Assembly (NCBI RefSeq): GCF_003448965.1
Contig: NZ_QRGC01000030.1
Coordinates: forward strand, 6,991-38,990
DNA: 32,000 nucleotides
DNA from: Oceanicella sp. SM1341
GTDB taxonomy: Bacteria > Pseudomonadota > Alphaproteobacteria > Rhodobacterales > Rhodobacteraceae
Direction: 5' to 3'
Shown one piece after another: positions 25,834-32,000 of the stretch (its first letter is position 1; every line of letters starts with the position of its first letter). The notes beneath the pieces are model-generated. The model was given only the letters and a program-made list of their open reading frames with translations, was not told where the DNA came from and made no database searches. A program made the translations under genes and the position numbers.

Positions 25834-26892
25834 TCAGCTTTCTAGAAACGGCGCAATCAGAGCCAGATCCGCCGGGGACAGGCGATCTGACGCAGTCGAT
25901 TTCTGGTGCCAGTAGGGATAAAGGAGCGGCGGTCGGCTGACCGTTTCGAGTTGCGCGATTTCCTCTGCCGACAGCACCAACTCAGCGGCCTTCAGATTGT
26001 CCGCGAGCTGCTCGTCCGTTCGTGCGCCGACGATTAGCGAGGCGATGCCTGGCCGGGTGAGGAGCCACGACAGTGCGACCTGGGCCGGGCTTGCGCCCTT
26101 CTGCGCCGCGATATCAACCAGCGCTTCAACAATGTCGTACAATGCCTCCACATCGCGCACGGGAGGCTCATTCCATTGCGCAGCCTTGCGGGTCCCTTCC
26201 GGCTCCGGTTTCCCCCGGCGATACTTGCCCGAAAGTAATCCGCCGGCGAGCGGCGACCAGACCACAATATCGACGCCCTGATCGACGGCGATGGGCATCA
26301 GTTCATACTCCGCCTCGCGCGCTTGCAGCGTGTAATGGATTTGCTGCGCCACGGGCTTCACCAGCCCGTCGCGCTCCGCGATGCCCAGCGTCTTCATCAG
26401 ATGCCAGCCTGAGAAGTTCGACGCGCCGACATAGCGGATCTTGCCAGAGCGAACGAGGTCGTCCAGCGCCGCCAGCGTCTCCTCCAGCGGCGTCTGCCCG
26501 TCCCACTCGTGCATCCAGTAAAGGTCGATATGATCGGTGCCGAGCCGCTTGAGGCTCGCTTCGCAGGCGCGCACGATATGATGGCGCGAGAGGCCGCGGT
26601 CGTTCGGACCACCCTCGAACATGGGGAAGCGCGCCTTGGTCGCGACGAGCAATCGATCGCGCATGTCGGCGATCGCCTCGCCCACGATCTCCTCGGAAAG
26701 GCCGGAGGAATAGATATCGGCCGTGTCGATGATGTTGACACCGGCATCGATACACATGGCGATCTGGCGCTTCGCACCGGCCAGATCAGTATTGCCGGTC
26801 TTGACGAAATTACCCCTTCCGCCGAAGGTCATGGTCCCGAGAGTAAGGGCGGAGACTTTGAGGCCGGAGCGGCCAAGCGAGCGATAGTGCAT
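25834..26892 (-). CDS. Aldo/keto reductase
   Basis: The start is set at MHYRSLGRSGLKVSALTLGTMTFGG (AAGGA SD upstream). AKR motifs present: IDTADIYS, HIDLYWMHEWD, IRYVGASNF. Confidence 0.9.
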   Translation of the reverse strand: MHYRSLGRSGLKVSALTLGTMTFGGRGNFVKTGNTDLAGAKRQIAMCIDAGVNIIDTADIYSSGLSEEIVGEAIADMRDRLLVATKARFPMFEGGPNDRGLSRHHIVRACEASLKRLGTDHIDLYWMHEWDGQTPLEETLAALDDLVRSGKIRYVGASNFSGWHLMKTLGIAERDGLVKPVAQQIHYTLQAREAEYELMPIAVDQGVDIVVWSPLAGGLLSGKYRRGKPEPEGTRKAAQWNEPPVRDVEALYDIVEALVDIAAQKGASPAQVALSWLLTRPGIASLIVGARTDEQLADNLKAAELVLSAEEIAQLETVSRPPLLYPYWHQKSTASDRLSPADLALIAPFLES

Positions 26893-26938
26893 TACGCTTT
26901 TCCTTGTGGCTGTTGTGATAGGGGAGCGCCAGGTAGGC

Positions 26939-27514
26939 TCAGGCTTCTTCGCTGATCGCCGAACCACTGCTTTCGATATTGCGCAAGAGATCGTCGATGC
27001 CCTCACTTAGAAAGCCGAGCGTCGCAGCATCGACAAGGCGACCATCGCGGATCTTGTCGTGAACGGCGCCGACGACGGCCTGTGGGCGGAGGACGAGCGG
27101 CGCGCCAATCGCCGTCAAGGTCTCGTTCAACTGCGCTTGGGCACGCACGCCGCCCGTTGCCGCAGGCGATGAACTAAGCGTCAGAACCGGCTTTCCTGTG
27201 AGTGTCGACTGGCCGAAGGGCCGCGATGCCCAGTCCAACGCATTCTTGAGGACGCCGGACATGCCGTGATTATATTCGGGCGTGGCGATGACCAGGCCGT
27301 CCGCCGCGCCAATCGCAGCCCGCAGCCGTGCGACCGCTTCCGGCGGCGTCGCCGTATCCTTGTCCTCATCATAGAGAGGGATGTCATGGAGCGGAAACAG
27401 CTCCAGCGCTGCGCGATCGGCAATGCTGTCGGCCAGCCCCTTGAGGATGGCTGCGTTGAAGGAGGCCCGCCGGATGCTGCCGGAGATGCCGAGAAGTTTG
27501 ACTTTAGTGTTCAA
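26939..27514 (-). CDS. NAD(P)H-dependent FMN reductase family protein
   Basis: The sequence reads LLGISGSIRRASFNAAILK...GLVIATPEYNHGMSGVLKNALDWASRP. The start is a TTG preceded by AGGAGA with a 7 nt spacer. Confidence 0.88.
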   Translation of the reverse strand: MNTKVKLLGISGSIRRASFNAAILKGLADSIADRAALELFPLHDIPLYDEDKDTATPPEAVARLRAAIGAADGLVIATPEYNHGMSGVLKNALDWASRPFGQSTLTGKPVLTLSSSPAATGGVRAQAQLNETLTAIGAPLVLRPQAVVGAVHDKIRDGRLVDAATLGFLSEGIDDLLRNIESSGSAISEEA

Positions 27515-27571
27515 GGTGAAGTCTCCTACAAAGGTAGAATTTTCGGTGAAAAAAGAACGCCGTCTTGAAGT

Positions 27572-28444
27572 TTAGAGACCCGCATCCTTGGCAATGACCG
27601 CGCCGATGCCGGACCAATCGATATCTTCCCCCTCCCTTGCGATCGCTGACAGCAGATGGTCGCGCACTACGCCCAGCAGCGGCAGCGGCACGCGGGCAGC
27701 CTCAGCTGCCTGACCCACCAGTCGCATGTCCTTGAGCCCCAGGGGTGCTGCAAAACCAGCCGGCCGGAACCGCTCCTCCGCCAATATTCCGCCATAGGTG
27801 TGGTAGACCGGCGCGCCGAACAGGGTGCTCGTCAAAACCTCCAGCAGAGCCGAACGGTCGATGCCATTCTTGGCCGCCAGCGTCATGGCTTCTGCCATGC
27901 CTTCGATGGCGGACATGATGAGGAAATTGCCACAAAGTTTAACGATATTAGCCTGGGCTGGCTGATCGCCGACCACGAAATGGCGCTGCCCCACCGCATC
28001 GAACAACGGCCGGCAGACGGCGAGATCGGCCTCCGCCCCTGCGGTGACGACGAACAGCTTGGCTGCCGCCGCAGCATCTGGTCGCCCGAAGACAGGCGCA
28101 GAAATATAGCGTCCGCCTGCGTCAGCATGGGCTTGGGTCAACCGTTCGGCTAGATCAGTGCTGATCGTACTCATCGAAACATGCAATGGCTTGGCCCGGG
28201 CGGCCAATATACCGTCATCGCCGAAAGTGACGGCGGACACCGCGGCGTCATCGCCGAGCATGGTGAACACGACATCCACGTCTGCAGCCTCGGCGGGGGT
28301 TTGCGCCCGCCGCGCTCCCGCCTCCACCAGCGCCTGTGCCCGTTCCGGAGTCCGGTTCCAGACCGTGAGTTCGTACCCGGCCTTCAGTAGATTGGCGGCA
28401 ATCGCATGGCCCATATTGCCCAGTCCGATAAAACCAAGATTCAT
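27572..28444 (-). CDS. NAD(P)-dependent beta-hydroxyacid (3-hydroxyisobutyrate-type) dehydrogenase family protein
   Basis: The N-terminus is MNLGFIGLGNMGHAIAANLLKAGYELTVWNRT, with a 6PGDH-like NAD-binding domain and a C-terminal helical domain. SD AGGAG lies upstream. Confidence 0.9.
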   Translation of the reverse strand: MNLGFIGLGNMGHAIAANLLKAGYELTVWNRTPERAQALVEAGARRAQTPAEAADVDVVFTMLGDDAAVSAVTFGDDGILAARAKPLHVSMSTISTDLAERLTQAHADAGGRYISAPVFGRPDAAAAAKLFVVTAGAEADLAVCRPLFDAVGQRHFVVGDQPAQANIVKLCGNFLIMSAIEGMAEAMTLAAKNGIDRSALLEVLTSTLFGAPVYHTYGGILAEERFRPAGFAAPLGLKDMRLVGQAAEAARVPLPLLGVVRDHLLSAIAREGEDIDWSGIGAVIAKDAGL

Positions 28445-28776
28445 GGCAAACAGCTCCTAAATTAGGACAAGTCTCCGACGAGCAATGTCAGGACCCCGCC
28501 GTATCCACGCTCGCGCTCATAGCCGCCACAGCGCCGCTTTGCGCGGCAAACGGACCGTTGCCGGAGGGACACACCGCCCTCTACGGCATCTCCACTACCA
28601 AGCAGCCCTCATCGCCACACCCCATACTCAAAGCCTTCGCGCTTCGACGGCGTCACGTTCGAAAATCGCACAAGGTCATCATCACTGCGGTCGCGCTCAG
28701 GCTTGTTGCTATCGCTTAAACGCTACGCAAAGGACGCCGAGCATCGGGCCTTTAGGGCGTCTGACAAAGACAGCTT

Positions 28777-29808
28777 CTAGAGGGATGCCGATTCCTTCCA
28801 GAAATCGGTGCCGCTATCCTTGGCATAGTGCTCGATCTCCGCGAGCTCTTCGGCAGAAAACGCAAGGCCGTTCAGCGCGCCAAGCGAGTTTTCAAGCTGC
28901 TCGACCGTGCGCGCACCGATGAGCGAGGAGGTGACGCGCGGATCCCGCAGCGTCCAGGCGATGGCCATCTGCGCCAATGTCTGGCCACGGCGTTCCGCAA
29001 TGCCGTTCAGGGCCCGCACCCGCTCCAGAACCTGCGCCTGCAGATCGCCGTCGCGCAGCAGGCGCCCCTTCTCCCCCCGCGCGCCCGCAGGCACGCCACC
29101 CAGATATTTCGAGCTGAGCAGCCCCTGCGCCAGCGGCGAAAAGGCGATGCAGCCGGTGCCGAGATCCCCCAGCGTGTCAAGCAGACCATCCTCAATCCAG
29201 CGGTTGAACATGGAATAATTCGGCTGATGGATGAACAGCGGCACCCGTTCCTCGCGCAGGATCGCGGCGGCCTTGCGGGTCAGTTCCGGCGAATAGCTGG
29301 AGATGCCCACATAAAGCGCCTTGCCCTGCCGGTGAAGATGGGCGAGCGCGCCCATCGTCTCTTCCAGCGGCGTATCCGGGTCGACGCGATGCGAATAGAA
29401 GATGTCGACATAGTCGAGCCCCATCCGCTTCAGCGATTGATCGAGGCTGGCAATCAGATATTTGCGGCTGCCACCGATGCCACCATAGGGCCCGGGCCAC
29501 ATGTCCCAGCCCGCCTTGGTCGAGATGATCATCTCGTCACGATAGGGGGCGAAGTCCTGCGCCATGACGCGGCCGAAATTCTCCTCTGCCGAGCCATAGG
29601 GAGGGCCGTAATTATTGGCCAGATCGAAATGGGTGACACCCAGATCGAAGGCGCGACGCAGGATCGCGCGGCCGGTCTCGAACACATCCGCGCCGCCGAA
29701 ATTGTGCCAAAGCCCCAGCGATATCGCGGGCAGGTCGATGCCGCTGCGGCCACAGCGGCGATAGGTCATGGCGGTGTCATAGCGGTCGGGGGCAGCATGG
29801 TAGGGCAT
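28777..29808 (-). CDS. Aldo/keto reductase of the YghZ (L-glyceraldehyde-3-phosphate reductase, AKR14) type
   Basis: From MPYHAAPDRYDTAMTYRRCGRSG it reads LPAISLGLWHNFG, FDLANNYGPPYGSAEENFG, STKAGWDMWPGPYGGIGGSRKYL, DYVDIFYSHRVDPDTPLEET and GKALYVGISSYSP. This is near colinear with E. coli YghZ as I recall it. Confidence 0.88.
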   Translation of the reverse strand: MPYHAAPDRYDTAMTYRRCGRSGIDLPAISLGLWHNFGGADVFETGRAILRRAFDLGVTHFDLANNYGPPYGSAEENFGRVMAQDFAPYRDEMIISTKAGWDMWPGPYGGIGGSRKYLIASLDQSLKRMGLDYVDIFYSHRVDPDTPLEETMGALAHLHRQGKALYVGISSYSPELTRKAAAILREERVPLFIHQPNYSMFNRWIEDGLLDTLGDLGTGCIAFSPLAQGLLSSKYLGGVPAGARGEKGRLLRDGDLQAQVLERVRALNGIAERRGQTLAQMAIAWTLRDPRVTSSLIGARTVEQLENSLGALNGLAFSAEELAEIEHYAKDSGTDFWKESASL

Positions 29809-29979
29809 GGGGCTCTCTCGGGGCTGTCTGGGGTCGATGCCGGCATCGTGGATCCGCGCGGGCGGAACCCGGGGCGATGGGCGATTGCGGTGCATATGCC
29901 AGCAAGGATTACCCGGGCGGCGCGGTCACCGGCAAGCCTCGGCGGCGCCACATCCGCTCAACACGATATTGAGCGATTC

Positions 29980-30957
29980 TCAACCATGGCTAGGGGCGGT
30001 GGTGGTCTCCGGCGGCACTTCTTCGGCTTTGCCCCCGCCGATCGCAAGCCGGGGCAGACCCTGCTCTACGCGGATCATCGCGATAAGCTCATGCAGACCC
30101 GGCGGAACCTGCCGGCGGCTGGGATAATAGATCGTGAGCGGCGCCCCTTCAGAGGCCCAGCCCGGCAGCACGACCTGCAGCCGCCCCTCAGCGATCAGCG
30201 GTTTCAGCAACTCCTCAAGGCAATAGAAAAAGCCCACGCCGCCAAGGGCCGCATCCATCGCATGCTGGGTTTCGTTGGTGCAAAGCGCCCCGCGCACATC
30301 CAGCCGCCGCAGGGCGTCGCCATTGCCCAACTCCCACGGATAGCGGCTGTTGTCGCCCACCCGCATCTCGATGCACGGCCGGCTCAGCAGATCGTCAGGC
30401 ACCATCGGCACCCCCACCCGCGCAATCAGCGCAGGCGCGCCGGCGACGACCCATTGCAGAGGTTTCGACAGGGTGACGCCGATCATATCCTGCGGCACCC
30501 GGTCGCCATAGCGAATGCCCGCATCGAACCCTTCGGCGACGACATCCACAAGATGATCGTCGACCGTGATGTCGAGATGCATTTCCGGAAATTCCGCCAG
30601 ATAGCGCGGCAGGATCGGCCCGAGCAGTAGCCGCGAGGCATCCTTGGGCGCGTTGATCCGCAAATGCCCGGATGGCACATTGCGATGCCGTGCCAGCATC
30701 CCAAGGCTATCCTCGATGGTCTGCAGCCCCAGCTCCAGCCGCTGCGCCAGCGCCGCTCCCGCCTCGGTCGGCGTCAGCGACCGGCTCGTCCGGTTGAGAA
30801 GCCGCACGCCCAGATCGGCCTCCAGCTTGCGCATGCGGTGACTGAGGGCCGAGGTCGTCACGCCCAGCTCGATCGCCGCCTGCCGCATGCTGTGGCGGCG
30901 CACGATGGTGACGAAAACCGTCAGATCGGCGAGCAGGGAACGGTCAAAGCCGCGCAT
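29980..30957 (-). CDS. LysR family transcriptional regulator
   Basis: wHTH MRQAAIELGVTTSALSHRMRKLEADLGVRLLNRTSR plus a substrate-binding domain. The start is ambiguous: 30957 has the best SD spacing, and 30963 or 30996 are alternatives. Confidence 0.85.
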   Translation of the reverse strand: MRGFDRSLLADLTVFVTIVRRHSMRQAAIELGVTTSALSHRMRKLEADLGVRLLNRTSRSLTPTEAGAALAQRLELGLQTIEDSLGMLARHRNVPSGHLRINAPKDASRLLLGPILPRYLAEFPEMHLDITVDDHLVDVVAEGFDAGIRYGDRVPQDMIGVTLSKPLQWVVAGAPALIARVGVPMVPDDLLSRPCIEMRVGDNSRYPWELGNGDALRRLDVRGALCTNETQHAMDAALGGVGFFYCLEELLKPLIAEGRLQVVLPGWASEGAPLTIYYPSRRQVPPGLHELIAMIRVEQGLPRLAIGGGKAEEVPPETTTAPSHG

Positions 30958-31058
30958 CGGCATCCTCAGGGGAGGTATTTGAGCTGAATTCAACATTCTG
31001 AAAGTTGGGCAAACATCCGATCCTTCAAAACAGCAGCGACATCGGCAAATCAGCCGCC

Positions 31059-31124
31059 CTATATGCCGCGCCAGCGGCTTCGTTCAATCCCCACAGACCC
31101 TAGTCCGAAAAAACTAAGTTTCAT
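31059..31124 (-). pseudogene. 5' remnant of a second beta-hydroxyacid dehydrogenase gene
   Basis: The minus strand encodes MKLSFFGLGSVG, compared with MNLGFIGLGNMG of the gene at 28444, and then degenerates to a stop after 21 codons. The 27 nt upstream of the ATG also resemble the intact gene's leader. Confidence 0.5.
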
Positions 31125-31227
31125 GACATTCATCTCATAAATTAGGACAACTATGCGCGCGGTGGGGGACAGATAAGTAAAAGGAAAAAACCGTTCCCAG
31201 TTGATATGTAGTGACCACACGCTTACT

Positions 31228-32000
31228 TCACGGTTGTGCCCATTTCATGCCAGTCATCTTTTCGCTCAGGCTCCAGAGTTTATATGCAAGCTCCGGATCG
31301 ACGGCATAGTCACGTACGGTGTTGGCCAGCGGGCTGTCGCTCGTGACGACTGGAGATATATCACAGTCCGCGCAATAGGCGCCGCCCATGCCGTCGAGTT
31401 GATCGCTCAATGCGGCCCAGACCTGGGTCGCCGCCCCTTCGGCGATGCTTTTGACATAAACCTTGGAAAACCACAGCAGCGGCATCGCCAGCAATTCCTT
31501 GAAGGTAAGGAACCGCTTCAGGTTGGTCGAAGGAATCCGGCCGGGGTGAACGGCGAAGGCGCGGATGCCGAAGGCCCGGCCTATCGTGTCCAGATGTACC
31601 GCGAATAGGGCATTTGCGGTCTTCGACTGACCATAGGCTTCCCATTTGTGATAGTGGCGCGTTTCAAAATTGGGGTCGTCAAAATTCATCGATGAATAAC
31701 GGTGGCCGTAGGAGGATAGCGTCACGACGCGTGCTCCGTTTGCCCGCTTCAAAGCATCCCAGAGCAGCGCAGTGAGATGAAAATGCCCGAGATGATTGGT
31801 TGCGAACTGTAGCTCATATCCCCGACTGTCCCGGTGGAGCAGGGGCAAGGCCATGATGCCGGCATTGTTCATCAATATGTCGATGCTGTCGCACTCGGCC
31901 AAAACCTGCTGCGAAAACGCCACGACCGAAGCGGGATCCGCCAAATCCAACCGGTACGCTTCAGCGGTGGGGATGTCCGAGAGGGCCGTCCGCGCCTTGT
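31228..32000 (-). CDS. SDR family oxidoreductase (retinol-dehydrogenase/WWOX-like), 5' end beyond window
   Basis: NNAG motif (ILMNNAGIM) and catalytic YGQSKTA. The frame stays open to the window end (…KARTALSDIPTAEAYRLDLADPASV). The TGxxxGxG part must lie outside the window. Confidence 0.85.
   Translation of the reverse strand, partial: KARTALSDIPTAEAYRLDLADPASVVAFSQQVLAECDSIDILMNNAGIMALPLLHRDSRGYELQFATNHLGHFHLTALLWDALKRANGARVVTLSSYGHRYSSMNFDDPNFETRHYHKWEAYGQSKTANALFAVHLDTIGRAFGIRAFAVHPGRIPSTNLKRFLTFKELLAMPLLWFSKVYVKSIAEGAATQVWAALSDQLDGMGGAYCADCDISPVVTSDSPLANTVRDYAVDPELAYKLWSLSEKMTGMKWAQP

Noticed and set aside
25089-25940. 283-aa plus-strand ORF
   Set aside because: It runs antisense through tetR and into the AKR gene, crossing intergenic DNA, and has no recognisable domain.
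27534-27571. Possible rho-independent terminator after the dehydrogenase gene (AAGACGGCGTTCTT followed by TTTTT on the minus strand)
   Set aside because: The stem is only 4-5 bp with a bulge, which is too weak to call. The downstream FMN reductase also looks co-transcribed.
28485-28922. 145-aa plus-strand ORF in the 330-nt gap between the dehydrogenase and AKR14 genes
   Set aside because: It overlaps the AKR14 3' end antisense and has junk-like composition. I could not recognise any gene remnant in any frame of the gap.
28828-30630. 600-aa plus-strand ORF
   Set aside because: It is a shadow ORF antisense to the YghZ-like AKR and the LysR gene, both of which have clear family motifs. The composition is Arg/Ala/Pro-rich and it spans an intergenic gap.
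1-32000. Scan for CRISPR arrays, tRNA or rRNA genes, IS elements with terminal inverted repeats, and att-type direct repeats
   Set aside because: I saw no regularly spaced repeats, no tRNA-like cloverleaf candidates, and no transposase ORF. The ends of the element are not identifiable within this window.

Overview
High-GC, Rhizobiales-like sequence (taxonomy is inference) in two parts. (1) Positions 1-16014 hold the transfer module of a conjugative element, either an ICE or a plasmid. It reads 3' part of a relaxase/DUF3363 gene, traG, an RHH (CopG-like) gene, trbB-C-D-E-J-K(alt)-L-F-G-I, then a DUF2274 gene. Nearly all junctions are translationally coupled by overlapping or abutting stop and start codons. 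The one break is a ~2.29 kb group II intron at 9174-11464, which encodes an RT/maturase with no endonuclease domain. It sits antisense to the operon exactly at the trbK/trbL junction. The operon-sense strand of the whole intron is one stop-free reading frame. That frame starts 3 nt after the trbK stop and ends 5 nt before the trbL ATG. (2) Positions ~16015-32000 are a visibly less GC-rich cargo region. It is packed with NAD(P)H-dependent oxidoreductases: SDRs, an NmrA-like protein, two aldo/keto reductases, a 2-hydroxyacid dehydrogenase, a beta-hydroxyacid dehydrogenase and an FMN reductase. It also carries three LysR genes and one TetR gene. Several decay and rearrangement scars are present: an MFS::SDR chimeric junction, a LysR 3' remnant and a dehydrogenase 5' remnant. 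A 21-nt operator-like motif is duplicated in front of tetR and of the neighbouring SDR operon. I saw no rRNA, tRNA or CRISPR array. All family calls come from motif recognition by eye, not from database searches.
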